Positions 1-10,230 of a DNA stretch of 64,000 nt are shown piece after piece. How positions within the stretch are numbered: position 1 is the stretch's first letter; every line of letters begins with the position of its first letter. The stretch is from Escherichia coli (GTDB lineage: Bacteria; Pseudomonadota; Gammaproteobacteria; Enterobacterales; Enterobacteriaceae): assembly GCF_022846255.1 (NCBI RefSeq), contig NZ_AP025682.1. One strand, given 5' to 3'. Made by a program: the position numbers and the translations under genes. The notes under the pieces are model-generated. The model saw nothing but the letters and a program-made list of their open reading frames with translations. It had not been told where the DNA came from and searched no databases.

Positions 1-1
1 G

Positions 2-229
2 GCGATAAGCGCGATGTATGAGTTAATCGAGTGGTGGGCAGCGCTGGCAATGGGCCAGGGCGCAGATGATTTTCTCGGTACTCAAGGCGACCCGTGGGAT
101 ACGCAATCCGATATGTTCTGCGCACTACTGGGCGCATTAACGACGGTGATATTCCTCGCCCGCTTTCATTGCCGCCAGCTACGGCGCTTTGGCTTAATCA
201 CCAGAGCGCCGGAAGCGATTACCCCTTAA
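2..229 (+). CDS. C-terminal part of a membrane-type protein, open to the window start; possibly YjdF-like inner membrane protein
   Basis: ORF track 14..229, frame open back to position 2; hydrophobic stretches; stop TAA 227..229 overlaps the melA stop (226..228) on the opposite strand; identity not verified. Confidence 0.45.
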   Translation, partial: AISAMYELIEWWAALAMGQGADDFLGTQGDPWDTQSDMFCALLGALTTVIFLARFHCRQLRRFGLITRAPEAITP

Positions 230-1581
230 CGGTGCAACCAGCCTGGCAGCCAGTCGCCGTGGGCGGCAATCAGGTCGTCAACAAGAGCATATATTTCGTC
301 AATGCCCAGCACGGCGGCAGTATGCGGGTCCATCATCGCGGCGTGGTAAACACGGTCGCGGTTTTCCGTAAGAATGGCTTCGGTCAGCAGCGTCTGTACG
401 TTGATGTTGGTTTGCATCAGAGCGGCCAGATGCGAAGGTAGCGTACCGACTTTGGTCGGCTGAATGCCATTAGCATCAACCAGACAGGCTACTTCCACGC
501 AACATCCTTGTGGCAGGTTATCAATCAATCCATCGTTACGGACGTTGCCGTAAATCACACTCGGCTCGCCAGTCCAGATAGCGTTCATGATTGTGCTGGC
601 ATATTCCCGTGACGGTTTAATATCAATCCGGGAGGCGTTCTTATACTCCTCCAGCTCTTTATGCCAGTTCGCCAGCTGCTCGACGCAGCGTTTCGGGTAC
701 TCATCCAGCGGTACTTTATAACGCTCAATCAAATCCTCACGACCTGGCTTAATAAACCACGGCGTGTACTCAGCAAAATGTTCTGACGATTCCGTGACGA
801 AGTAGCCCAGCTTTTTGAACATTTCGTAGCGCACAATATTCTGGCAGCGAGTATTGCCATGAATATTCGGCTTCGGTGCCTGCCCTGCTTCATAAGCCGC
901 CAGCAGTTCCGGGTAGAGATTCACGTAACTGCCGTCGGCGGTTTTGCGCTCCAGTTCCAGGTAAAACGCCATATGGTTGATACCTGCGCAACGGTAACGC
1001 AGCGTAGCCGGATCGATATTGAGGTCACGCGCCAGCTCTTCCGCCGTTCCCTGCACCGAATGGCACAGCCCTACCTGCTTGATATGCGGATAGCGGGCAT
1101 ACATCGCCCAGGTATTCATCGCCATTGGGTTAACGTAGTTGAGCATGGTGGCATCGGGGCAGACTTCCGTCATGTCCTCGCAAATTTGCCACAGGTGCGG
1201 AATGGTACGTAGCGCGCGCATAATACCGCCCGGCCCCAACGTATCGGCAATGGTTTGTTCCAGACCATGCCGCTTACAGACCTCGAAATCAGTCACCGTG
1301 CAAGGTTCATAACCGCCAATCTGAAATGCCACCACCACAAAATCAGCATCCTGTAAGGCTTCTTTCTGTTGGGTGTGGCAGGTGATTTTGCCGCTGGCCC
1401 CTGCTGAATCCATCAGCTTACGCACCACAATGTGCGACTCTTCCAGGCGGGTGGGATCAATGTCCATCAGGGCAATATGCGCCGTTTTCAGCGCCTCGCG
1501 ATGGAACACATCACCAAGAATATTTTTAACGAAAATCGTCGAACCAGCGCCGATAAATGTAATTTTAGGTGCAGACATCAT
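226..1581 (-). CDS. melA: alpha-galactosidase (melibiase), GH4 family
   Basis: ORF track 451 aa; translation recognised as E. coli MelA; divergent from an AraC-type regulator as in the mel locus. Confidence 0.9.
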   Translation of the reverse strand: MMSAPKITFIGAGSTIFVKNILGDVFHREALKTAHIALMDIDPTRLEESHIVVRKLMDSAGASGKITCHTQQKEALQDADFVVVAFQIGGYEPCTVTDFEVCKRHGLEQTIADTLGPGGIMRALRTIPHLWQICEDMTEVCPDATMLNYVNPMAMNTWAMYARYPHIKQVGLCHSVQGTAEELARDLNIDPATLRYRCAGINHMAFYLELERKTADGSYVNLYPELLAAYEAGQAPKPNIHGNTRCQNIVRYEMFKKLGYFVTESSEHFAEYTPWFIKPGREDLIERYKVPLDEYPKRCVEQLANWHKELEEYKNASRIDIKPSREYASTIMNAIWTGEPSVIYGNVRNDGLIDNLPQGCCVEVACLVDANGIQPTKVGTLPSHLAALMQTNINVQTLLTEAILTENRDRVYHAAMMDPHTAAVLGIDEIYALVDDLIAAHGDWLPGWLHR

Positions 1582-1863
1582 GCAGATCTCCTGGCTTGCT
1601 TGAATGACTTCATCATGGCAGGCGATATCGCAGAAAACCTCCGGTTTCCCGGTTGAGCATTCCCAAAAACTCAGATCCTAAGTGGCACATCAATAGATCT
1701 GAGTTTATGGGAATAAATTACCTGAAAAGCTGAATAATCGACCCCAGTCTTCTCATCCGCTCTCCTCGCACCTCCAGGGAGAGAAATAAAACCGTGCGCC
1801 TGTTCGCAGTCATCCTCCCTCACTCCTGCCATAATTCTGATATTCCAGGAAAGAGAGTCATCC
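1582..1863. promoter_or_regulatory. melR / melA divergent promoter region with repeated MelR-type operator-like sequences
   Basis: Intergenic between divergent melA and melR; related ~18-nt elements in both orientations (about 1631..1653, 1661..1678, 1697..1712); SD-like AGGAG just upstream of the melA start. Confidence 0.5.
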
Positions 1864-2772
1864 ATGAATACAGATACGTTTATGTGCAGCAGCGACGAAA
1901 AGCAGACCCGTAGCCCACTGTCGCTGTATTCAGAATACCAGCGGATGGAAATTGAGTTTCGCGCACCGCATATCATGCCCACCAGCCACTGGCATGGTCA
2001 GGTCGAAGTGAATGTGCCTTTCGATGGCGATGTGGAATACCTGATCAACAATGAAAAAGTGAATATCAATCAGGGTCATATCACGCTGTTCTGGGCCTGT
2101 ACACCGCACCAACTAACAGATACCGGAACCTGTCAGAGCATGGCGATTTTTAATCTGCCGATGCATCTGTTTCTCTCCTGGCCGCTGGATAAAGACCTGA
2201 TTAACCACGTTACTCACGGCATGGTGATCAAATCACTGGCGACACAGCAACTTAGCCCGTTTGAAGTGCGCCGCTGGCAGCAGGAATTAAACAGTCCGAA
2301 CGAGCAAATTCGCCAGCTCGCCATTGATGAAATTGGCCTGATGCTCAAGCGATTTAGCCTCTCTGGCTGGGAACCGATTCTGGTCAATAAAACCTCGCGC
2401 ACACACAAAAACAGCGTCTCGCGCCATGCGCAATTTTATGTCAGCCAGATGCTGGGCTTTATTGCCGAAAACTATGATCAGGCGCTGACCATCAACGATG
2501 TGGCTGAGCACGTCAAACTTAACGCCAACTATGCAATGGGGATATTCCAGCGGGTCATGCAATTGACGATGAAACAGTACATAACCGCGATGCGCATCAA
2601 CCACGTTCGCGCGTTACTGAGCGATACCGATAAAAGTATTCTCGATATTGCCCTGACGGCAGGCTTTCGTTCGAGTAGCCGTTTTTACAGCACGTTCGGC
2701 AAATATGTCGACATGTCGCCGCAACAATACCGCAAACTTAGCCAACAGCGCCGCCAGACGTTTCCCGGCTAA
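1864..2772 (+). CDS. melR: AraC-family melibiose operon activator
   Basis: ORF track 302 aa; C-terminal AraC-type HTH region; position divergent from melA. Confidence 0.9.
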   Translation: MNTDTFMCSSDEKQTRSPLSLYSEYQRMEIEFRAPHIMPTSHWHGQVEVNVPFDGDVEYLINNEKVNINQGHITLFWACTPHQLTDTGTCQSMAIFNLPMHLFLSWPLDKDLINHVTHGMVIKSLATQQLSPFEVRRWQQELNSPNEQIRQLAIDEIGLMLKRFSLSGWEPILVNKTSRTHKNSVSRHAQFYVSQMLGFIAENYDQALTINDVAEHVKLNANYAMGIFQRVMQLTMKQYITAMRINHVRALLSDTDKSILDIALTAGFRSSSRFYSTFGKYVDMSPQQYRKLSQQRRQTFPG

Positions 2773-2967
2773 AGACGATATCAGTATCAGCCAAAAAAAT
2801 AGTTTAGCCGTCGATAATAAGCAGTGAAAATAATTTAAAATAATCACATAACGTGTTGTTTATAAAAATAAATATTTCAAAAATGTTTGTTTTTCACGCG
2901 CTTTACAGCCCGAAAAGGCCGGAAGATACTTGCCCGCAACGAAGATTCCTTCATAACCGGGTAAGCA

Positions 2968-5238
2968 ATGATGAAAGTATTAATTGTTGAAAGCGAGTTT
3001 CTCCATCAAGACACCTGGGTCGGTAACGCCGTTGAGCGTCTGGCAGATGCTTTAAGCCAGCAAAATGTTACCGTGATTAAATCCACCTCCTTTGATGATG
3101 GTTTTGCCATTCTCTCTTCAAACGAAGCCATTGACTGCCTGATGTTCAGCTATCAAATGGAACATCCGGACGAACATCAAAACGTCAGACAATTGATCGG
3201 TAAGCTTCATGAGCGCCAACAAAACGTGCCGGTCTTCCTGTTGGGCGATCGGGAAAAAGCCCTCGCCGCAATGGACCGGGATCTGCTGGAGCTTGTCGAT
3301 GAATTCGCCTGGATTCTGGAAGATACTGCCGACTTTATCGCCGGACGCGCCGTTGCCGCGATGACCCGCTACCGCCAGCAGCTGTTGCCGCCACTGTTCA
3401 GCGCGCTGATGAAATATAGCGACATCCATGAATATTCCTGGGCAGCGCCAGGCCACCAGGGCGGCGTTGGTTTTACTAAAACACCCGCCGGACGTTTCTA
3501 CCATGACTACTATGGTGAAAATCTGTTCCGCACCGACATGGGCATCGAACGCACTTCCCTCGGTTCTTTGCTTGACCATACTGGCGCATTTGGCGAAAGC
3601 GAAAAATATGCCGCACGCGTATTTGGTGCCGATCGCTCCTGGTCGGTAGTCGTCGGTACTTCCGGCTCTAACCGCACCATCATGCAGGCTTGCATGACCG
3701 ATAACGATGTCGTGGTCGTTGACCGTAACTGCCATAAATCCATCGAACAAGGCTTGATGCTGACAGGCGCGAAACCGGTCTACATGGTGCCAAGCCGCAA
3801 CCGCTACGGCATTATCGGGCCAATCTATCCGCAGGAAATGCAACCTGAAACCTTGCAGAAGAAAATCAGTGAAAGCCCGCTGACCAAAGACAAAGCCGGG
3901 CAAAAACCGTCTTACTGCGTGGTGACCAACTGCACCTATGACGGCGTGTGTTATAACGCTAGAGAAGCACAGGATCTGCTGGAAAAAACCTCCGATCGTC
4001 TGCACTTTGACGAAGCCTGGTACGGCTATGCACGTTTCAACCCGATCTATGCCGATCACTATGCCATGCGCGGCGAACCTGGCGATCACAACGGTCCTAC
4101 CGTTTTCGCCACCCACTCCACCCACAAACTGCTGAATGCGCTGTCCCAGGCCTCTTATATTCATGTACGTGAAGGTCGTGGGGCGATTAACTTCTCCCGC
4201 TTCAACCAGGCCTACATGATGCATGCCACCACCTCCCCGCTGTATGCCATCTGCGCATCCAACGACGTGGCGGTGTCGATGATGGACGGCAACAGCGGCC
4301 TGTCACTGACCCAGGAAGTGATCGACGAAGCGGTTGATTTCCGTCAGGCGATGGCGCGGCTATATAAAGAGTTCACCGCTGACGGTAGCTGGTTCTTCAA
4401 ACCGTGGAACAAAGAAGTCGTCACCGACCCACAAACCGGCAAAACCTATGACTTTGCTGACGCACCAACCAAACTGCTGACCACCGTTCAGGACTGCTGG
4501 GTCATGCATCCGGGCGAAAGCTGGCACGGCTTCAAAGATATTCCGGATAACTGGAGTATGCTCGACCCAATTAAAGTCAGCATCCTTGCTCCGGGAATGG
4601 GTGAAGATGGTGAACTGGAAGAAACCGGTGTTCCGGCGGCGCTGGTCACTGCCTGGCTTGGTCGCCACGGCATTGTGCCTACCCGCACCACTGACTTCCA
4701 AATTATGTTCCTGTTCTCTATGGGCGTAACCCGTGGGAAATGGGGGACTCTGGTTAACACCCTTTGCTCCTTCAAACGCCACTATGACGCCAACACACCG
4801 CTGGCGCAGGTGATGCCGGAACTTGTTGAACAATATCCTGACACTTACGCGAACATGGGGATTCACGATCTGGGTGACACCATGTTTGCCTGGCTGAAAG
4901 AAAACAACCCTGGCGCACGGTTGAACGAAGCCTATTCCGGCCTGCCGGTGGCGGAAATCACCCCGCGTGAAGCGTACAACGCGATTGTCGACAACAATGT
5001 CGAACTGGTATCCATTGAAAACCTGCCAGGACGCATCGCGGCAAACTCAGTTATCCCGTATCCGCCAGGAATCCCGATGCTGCTGTCTGGTGAAAACTTC
5101 GGCGATAAAAACAGTCCGCAAGTAAGTTATTTACGCTCGCTGCAATCCTGGGACCATCATTTCCCTGGATTTGAACACGAAACAGAAGGGACAGAAATTA
5201 TTGATGGTATTTACCACGTTATGTGTGTGAAAGCGTAA
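2968..5238 (+). CDS. adiA: biodegradative (acid-inducible) arginine decarboxylase
   Basis: ORF track 756 aa; recognised as AdiA (PLP-dependent Orn/Lys/Arg decarboxylase fold); the start may be the second ATG at 2971. Confidence 0.9.
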   Translation: MMKVLIVESEFLHQDTWVGNAVERLADALSQQNVTVIKSTSFDDGFAILSSNEAIDCLMFSYQMEHPDEHQNVRQLIGKLHERQQNVPVFLLGDREKALAAMDRDLLELVDEFAWILEDTADFIAGRAVAAMTRYRQQLLPPLFSALMKYSDIHEYSWAAPGHQGGVGFTKTPAGRFYHDYYGENLFRTDMGIERTSLGSLLDHTGAFGESEKYAARVFGADRSWSVVVGTSGSNRTIMQACMTDNDVVVVDRNCHKSIEQGLMLTGAKPVYMVPSRNRYGIIGPIYPQEMQPETLQKKISESPLTKDKAGQKPSYCVVTNCTYDGVCYNAREAQDLLEKTSDRLHFDEAWYGYARFNPIYADHYAMRGEPGDHNGPTVFATHSTHKLLNALSQASYIHVREGRGAINFSRFNQAYMMHATTSPLYAICASNDVAVSMMDGNSGLSLTQEVIDEAVDFRQAMARLYKEFTADGSWFFKPWNKEVVTDPQTGKTYDFADAPTKLLTTVQDCWVMHPGESWHGFKDIPDNWSMLDPIKVSILAPGMGEDGELEETGVPAALVTAWLGRHGIVPTRTTDFQIMFLFSMGVTRGKWGTLVNTLCSFKRHYDANTPLAQVMPELVEQYPDTYANMGIHDLGDTMFAWLKENNPGARLNEAYSGLPVAEITPREAYNAIVDNNVELVSIENLPGRIAANSVIPYPPGIPMLLSGENFGDKNSPQVSYLRSLQSWDHHFPGFEHETEGTEIIDGIYHVMCVKA

Positions 5239-5355
5239 CCACTATTCCGCTGAAGGCGTAATTGTTAAATAACATTACGCCGCCTGGCTTGAGGCCTTTT
5301 AAGTATGGCAACGTTTTCATAAAAATTGCTGCAAACAAAAAATGTCATGCTTTTT

Positions 5356-5382
5356 GCGCGGTCCCACCCCGCGCTTTTTTTT
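5356..5382 (+). terminator. intrinsic terminator downstream of adiA
   Basis: GC hairpin gcgcgg-tcccacc-ccgcgc followed by a run of 8 T; an A-run upstream gives a bidirectional look. Confidence 0.6.
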
Positions 5383-5573
5383 GCCTGTTATTTATCCTTT
5401 TTTTAGCCTGTAAAAAAATATGTACATGAGAAATTACTATAAAAATTTGTAATATTAGTAAAACTCGTTATTTTTATGCATGTTTATATTCATCATACAA
5501 TTATATAACCATTTCCCGGTATCGCTTTGCTTTAGCGAGAACTGGTCTTTTATTCGCACTCAGGAGTACATGT

Positions 5574-6335
5574 ATGAGGATTTGCAGCGACCAACCTTGT
5601 ATTGTTTTATTGACTGAAAAAGATGTCTGGATAAGGGTGAATGGGAAAGAACCTATTAGCCTTAAAGCTAACCATATGGCGTTATTAAATTGTGAAAATA
5701 ATATTATCGACGTCTCCTCTCTTAATAACACTTTGGTTGCTCATATTAGTCACGACATCATCAAAGATTACCTCCGGTTTCTGAATAAAGATCTCTCGCA
5801 AATACCAGTATGGCAACGTAGCGCTACGCCCATCCTCACCCTGCCATGCCTGACGCCAGACGTCTTTCGCGTTGCCGCGCAACATAGCATGATGCCCGCT
5901 GAAACTGAGTCAGAAAAGGAACGAACACGTGCATTATTATTCACTGTGCTATCCCGTTTTCTCGACAGTAAAAAATTCCTTTCACTAATGATGTATATGT
6001 TACGTAATTGTGTAAGTGACAGCGTTTATCAAATTATTGAAAGCGATATCCACAAAGACTGGAATCTTAGTATGGTAGCCAGTTGTTTATGTCTTAGCCC
6101 AAGTCTGTTAAAGAAAAAGCTGAAAAGCGAAAACACCAGTTATAGCCAAATAATCACCACCTGCCGCATGCGTTATGCCGTAAATGAATTAATGATGGAC
6201 GGTAAAAATATCTCTCAGGTATCACAGTCCTGCGGCTACAACAGTACGTCGTACTTTATTTCTGTCTTTAAAGACTTCTACGGTATGACGCCGCTGCATT
6301 ATGTTAGTCAGCACAGAGAACGCACTGTCGCCTGA
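5574..6335 (+). CDS. adiY: AraC-family regulator of the arginine-dependent acid resistance genes
   Basis: ORF track 253 aa; AraC-type C-terminus; sits between adiA and adiC. Confidence 0.85.
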   Translation: MRICSDQPCIVLLTEKDVWIRVNGKEPISLKANHMALLNCENNIIDVSSLNNTLVAHISHDIIKDYLRFLNKDLSQIPVWQRSATPILTLPCLTPDVFRVAAQHSMMPAETESEKERTRALLFTVLSRFLDSKKFLSLMMYMLRNCVSDSVYQIIESDIHKDWNLSMVASCLCLSPSLLKKKLKSENTSYSQIITTCRMRYAVNELMMDGKNISQVSQSCGYNSTSYFISVFKDFYGMTPLHYVSQHRERTVA

Positions 6336-6471
6336 TTTTTAACCTTAACGAAGAGCTATATTAATAACGGCATCAGCGATAACCCGGCCGATAATAATTC
6401 AACTATCGAATGCAGGCGTATGATATGACGTAATTTATTGTCACGAAGCTCGCCTTCGCAGGAGTTTAATT

Positions 6472-7809
6472 ATGTCTTCGGATGCTGATGCTCACAAAGT
6501 GGGCTTAATCCCCGTCACCCTGATGGTGTCGGGGAATATTATGGGGTCAGGTGTTTTTCTGTTACCTGCAAACCTGGCCTCCACTGGCGGGATTGCCATT
6601 TATGGATGGTTGGTGACGATTATCGGTGCGCTGGGGCTCTCGATGGTATACGCCAAAATGTCGTTCCTCGACCCAAGTCCTGGTGGTTCTTACGCTTACG
6701 CCCGCCGCTGCTTTGGCCCGTTTCTCGGTTATCAAACCAACGTCCTCTACTGGCTGGCCTGCTGGATCGGCAATATCGCCATGGTGGTCATTGGCGTAGG
6801 ATATTTAAGTTACTTCTTCCCGATTCTGAAAGATCCACTGGTATTAACCATTACCTGCGTCGTGGTGCTATGGATCTTCGTCCTGCTGAATATTGTCGGT
6901 CCGAAAATGATCACCCGCGTGCAGGCCGTTGCCACCGTGCTGGCGCTGATCCCCATCGTCGGGATTGCCGTATTTGGCTGGTTCTGGTTCCGTGGTGAAA
7001 CCTATATGGCGGCATGGAACGTCAGCGGCCTGGGCACCTTCGGCGCGATTCAAAGTACCCTTAACGTTACGCTGTGGTCGTTCATCGGTGTGGAAAGTGC
7101 CTCCGTTGCCGCTGGTGTGGTGAAAAACCCGAAACGCAACGTCCCTATCGCCACCATTGGTGGGGTATTGATTGCCGCCGTTTGCTATGTACTCTCCACC
7201 ACCGCGATTATGGGGATGATCCCTAATGCCGCACTGCGCGTTTCTGCCTCGCCATTCGGTGATGCCGCACGGATGGCGTTGGGTGACACCGCCGGGGCCA
7301 TTGTTTCCTTCTGCGCAGCTGCGGGTTGCTTAGGTTCACTGGGCGGCTGGACGTTGCTGGCGGGTCAAACGGCGAAAGCCGCTGCCGATGACGGACTGTT
7401 CCCACCGATTTTTGCCCGTGTAAATAAAGCGGGTACGCCAGTGGCGGGGCTGATTATCGTCGGTATTTTGATGACCATCTTCCAGCTCAGTAGCATTTCG
7501 CCAAACGCGACCAAAGAGTTCGGTCTGGTTTCTTCCGTCTCGGTCATCTTTACACTGGTGCCATATCTTTACACCTGTGCGGCGTTACTGCTGCTCGGCC
7601 ACGGTCACTTTGGTAAAGCACGCCCGGCATATCTGGCAGTTACTACCATTGCCTTCCTCTACTGCATCTGGGCCGTGGTGGGGTCCGGGACGAAAGAGGT
7701 TATGTGGTCATTTGTCACCCTGATGGTCATCACCGCCATGTATGCGCTGAATTACAACCGGCTGCATAAAAACCCGTATCCCTTAGATGCACCAATAAGC
7801 AAAGATTAA
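6472..7809 (+). CDS. adiC: arginine:agmatine antiporter (APC family)
   Basis: ORF track 445 aa; polytopic membrane protein recognised as AdiC. Confidence 0.9.
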   Translation: MSSDADAHKVGLIPVTLMVSGNIMGSGVFLLPANLASTGGIAIYGWLVTIIGALGLSMVYAKMSFLDPSPGGSYAYARRCFGPFLGYQTNVLYWLACWIGNIAMVVIGVGYLSYFFPILKDPLVLTITCVVVLWIFVLLNIVGPKMITRVQAVATVLALIPIVGIAVFGWFWFRGETYMAAWNVSGLGTFGAIQSTLNVTLWSFIGVESASVAAGVVKNPKRNVPIATIGGVLIAAVCYVLSTTAIMGMIPNAALRVSASPFGDAARMALGDTAGAIVSFCAAAGCLGSLGGWTLLAGQTAKAAADDGLFPPIFARVNKAGTPVAGLIIVGILMTIFQLSSISPNATKEFGLVSSVSVIFTLVPYLYTCAALLLLGHGHFGKARPAYLAVTTIAFLYCIWAVVGSGTKEVMWSFVTLMVITAMYALNYNRLHKNPYPLDAPISKD

Positions 7810-7834
7810 TTCCCCTTAATCCAGCAAACATAAA

Positions 7835-7872
7835 AGCCAACCTTAAGAACTTAAGGTTGGCTTAATTTTGCT
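7835..7872 (+). terminator. adiC intrinsic terminator (long hairpin plus T-rich tail)
   Basis: Inverted repeat agccaaccttaag / cttaaggttggct followed by taattttgctttg. Confidence 0.6.
7850..7866 (+). promoter_or_regulatory. PmrA (BasR) box-like direct repeat CTTAAG-N5-CTTAAT upstream of eptA
   Basis: cttaag gttgg cttaat about 47 nt upstream of the eptA ATG; matches the PmrA half-site pattern; further CTTAAT/CTTAAG hexamers at 7815 and 7842. Confidence 0.55.
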
Positions 7873-7912
7873 TTGCGAGCATATGCGCACTTTGTTCGAT
7901 GGAAACACCGTG

Positions 7913-9556
7913 ATGTTGAAGCGCCTACTAAAAAGACCCTCTTTGAATTTACTCGCCTGGCTATTGTTAGCCGCTTTTTATATCTCTATCTGCCTGAATA
8001 TTGCCTTTTTTAAACAGGTGTTGCAGGCGCTGCCGCTGGACTCGCTGCATAACGTACTGGTTTTCTTGTCGATGCCGGTCGTCGCCTTCAGCGTGATTAA
8101 TATTGTCCTGACACTAAGCTCTTTCTTGTGGCTTAATCGACCGCTGGCCTGCCTGTTTATTCTGGTTGGCGCGGCTGCACAATATTTCATAATGACTTAC
8201 GGCATCGTCATCGACCGCTCGATGATTGCCAATATTATTGATACCACTCCGGCAGAAAGTTATGCGTTGATGACGCCGCAAATGTTATTAACGCTGGGAT
8301 TCAGCGGCGTGCTTGCTGCGCTGATTGCCTGCTGGATTAAAATCAAACCAGCCACCTCGCGCCTGCGCAGTGTTCTTTTCCGTGGAGCCAATATTCTGGT
8401 TTCTGTACTGCTGATTTTGCTGGTCGCCGCACTGTTTTATAAAGACTACGCCTCGTTGTTTCGCAATAACAAAGAGCTGGTGAAATCCTTAAGCCCCTCT
8501 AACAGCATTGTTGCCAGCTGGTCATGGTACTCCCATCAGCGACTGGCAAATCTGCCGCTGGTGCGAATTGGTGAAGACGCGCACCGCAACCCGTTAATGC
8601 AGAACGAAAAACGTAAAAATTTGACCATCCTGATTGTCGGCGAAACCTCGCGGGCGGAGAACTTCTCCCTCAACGGCTACCCGCGTGAAACTAACCCGCG
8701 GCTGGCAAAAGATAACGTGGTCTATTTTCCTAATACCGCATCTTGCGGCACGGCAACGGCAGTTTCAGTACCGTGCATGTTCTCGGATATGCCGCGTGAG
8801 CACTACAAAGAAGAGCTGGCACAGCACCAGGAAGGCGTGCTGGATATCATTCAGCGAGCGGGCATCAACGTGCTGTGGAATGACAACGATGGCGGCTGTA
8901 AAGGCGTTTGCGATCGCGTACCTCACCAGAACGTCACCGCGCTGAACCTGCCTGGTCAGTGCATCAACGGCGAGTGCTATGATGAAGTACTGTTCCACGG
9001 GCTGGAAGATTACATCAATAACCTGCAGGGTGATGGCGTGATTGTCTTACACACCATCGGCAGCCACGGCCCGACCTATTACAACCGCTATCCGCCGCAG
9101 TTCAGGAAATTTACCCCAACCTGCGACACTAACGAGATCCAGACCTGTACCCAAGAGCAACTGGTGAACACTTACGACAACACGCTGGTTTACGTCGACT
9201 ATATTGTTGATAAAGCGATTAATCTGCTGAAAGAACATCAGGATAAATTTACCACCAGCCTGGTTTATCTTTCTGACCACGGTGAATCGTTAGGTGAAAA
9301 TGGCATCTATCTGCACGGTCTGCCTTATGCCATCGCCCCGGATAGCCAAAAACAGGTGCCGATGCTGCTGTGGCTGTCGGAGGATTATCAAAAACGGTAT
9401 CAGGTTGACCAGAACTGCCTGCAAAAACAGGCGCAAACGCAACACTATTCACAAGACAATTTATTCTCAACCTTATTGGGCCTGACTGGCGTTGAGACGA
9501 AGTATTACCAGGCTGCGGATGATATTCTGCAAACTTGCAGGAGAGTGAGTGAATGA
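7913..9556 (+). CDS. eptA: lipid A phosphoethanolamine transferase
   Basis: ORF track 7868..9556 trimmed to the internal ATG giving 547 aa ([10 protein letters not shown]...); sulfatase-type C-terminal domain; stop overlaps the basR start. Confidence 0.88.
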   Translation: MLKRLLKRPSLNLLAWLLLAAFYISICLNIAFFKQVLQALPLDSLHNVLVFLSMPVVAFSVINIVLTLSSFLWLNRPLACLFILVGAAAQYFIMTYGIVIDRSMIANIIDTTPAESYALMTPQMLLTLGFSGVLAALIACWIKIKPATSRLRSVLFRGANILVSVLLILLVAALFYKDYASLFRNNKELVKSLSPSNSIVASWSWYSHQRLANLPLVRIGEDAHRNPLMQNEKRKNLTILIVGETSRAENFSLNGYPRETNPRLAKDNVVYFPNTASCGTATAVSVPCMFSDMPREHYKEELAQHQEGVLDIIQRAGINVLWNDNDGGCKGVCDRVPHQNVTALNLPGQCINGECYDEVLFHGLEDYINNLQGDGVIVLHTIGSHGPTYYNRYPPQFRKFTPTCDTNEIQTCTQEQLVNTYDNTLVYVDYIVDKAINLLKEHQDKFTTSLVYLSDHGESLGENGIYLHGLPYAIAPDSQKQVPMLLWLSEDYQKRYQVDQNCLQKQAQTQHYSQDNLFSTLLGLTGVETKYYQAADDILQTCRRVSE

Positions 9557-10221
9557 AAATTCTGATTGTTGAAGACGATACGCTGTTATTGCAGGGATTG
9601 ATTCTGGCGGCGCAAACCGAAGGCTACGCGTGCGATGGCGTGACAACCGCGCGGATGGCGGAACAAAGCCTTGAGGCCGGTCATTACAGCCTGGTGGTAC
9701 TGGATTTAGGGTTACCCGACGAAGATGGACTGCATTTTCTCGCCCGTATCCGGCAGAAAAAATACACCCTGCCGGTACTGATCCTCACCGCTCGCGATAC
9801 GCTGACCGACAAAATCGCCGGGCTGGATGTCGGTGCCGATGACTATCTGGTGAAGCCTTTTGCGCTGGAAGAGTTACACGCCCGTATCCGCGCCCTGCTA
9901 CGACGCCATAATAATCAGGGCGAAAGTGAGCTGATTGTTGGCAATCTGACGCTGAATATGGGTCGCCGTCAGGTATGGATGGGCGGTGAAGAGTTGATTC
10001 TGACGCCCAAAGAATATGCTCTGCTGTCACGGTTAATGCTCAAAGCAGGCAGCCCGGTGCATCGGGAAATTCTCTACAACGACATCTATAACTGGGACAA
10101 TGAACCCTCGACCAACACCCTGGAAGTGCATATCCACAATCTGCGCGACAAAGTGGGCAAAGCCCGTATCCGCACCGTGCGCGGATTTGGCTATATGCTG
10201 GTCGCAAATGAGGAAAACTAA
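9553..10221 (+). CDS. basR: two-component response regulator (OmpR family) BasR/PmrA
   Basis: ORF track 222 aa; receiver domain plus winged-helix; ATGA overlap with eptA. Confidence 0.9.
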   Translation: MKILIVEDDTLLLQGLILAAQTEGYACDGVTTARMAEQSLEAGHYSLVVLDLGLPDEDGLHFLARIRQKKYTLPVLILTARDTLTDKIAGLDVGADDYLVKPFALEELHARIRALLRRHNNQGESELIVGNLTLNMGRRQVWMGGEELILTPKEYALLSRLMLKAGSPVHREILYNDIYNWDNEPSTNTLEVHIHNLRDKVGKARIRTVRGFGYMLVANEEN

Positions 10222-10230
10222 TTGAATCTG

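Noticed and set aside
3118-4224. 368-aa ORF antisense to adiA; similar long antisense ORFs at 36989..38305 (in yjcS), 23463..24233 (in phnJ), 25646..26299 (in phnM), 44015..44686 (in fdhF) and 53202..54020 (in nrfA)
   Set aside because: Each lies wholly inside a well-supported gene on the other strand, with no SD-supported start and low-complexity or odd composition; open antisense frames are a common by-product of codon bias
6606-6998. 130-aa ORF in an alternative frame inside adiC, and similar same-strand alternative-frame ORFs elsewhere
   Set aside because: Arg/Pro-rich, low-complexity translation typical of an off-frame reading of a membrane-protein gene
10222-10230. TTG start for basS and upstream starts offered by the ORF track for eptA (7868), proP (13034), yjdM (16623), phnI, phnJ, phnK, phnP, rpiR, alsE, yjcS, ytcA, nrfG and nrfB
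   Set aside because: The downstream ATG gives the family-typical N-terminus and better SD spacing, and several of the upstream extensions run into the preceding gene or a REP
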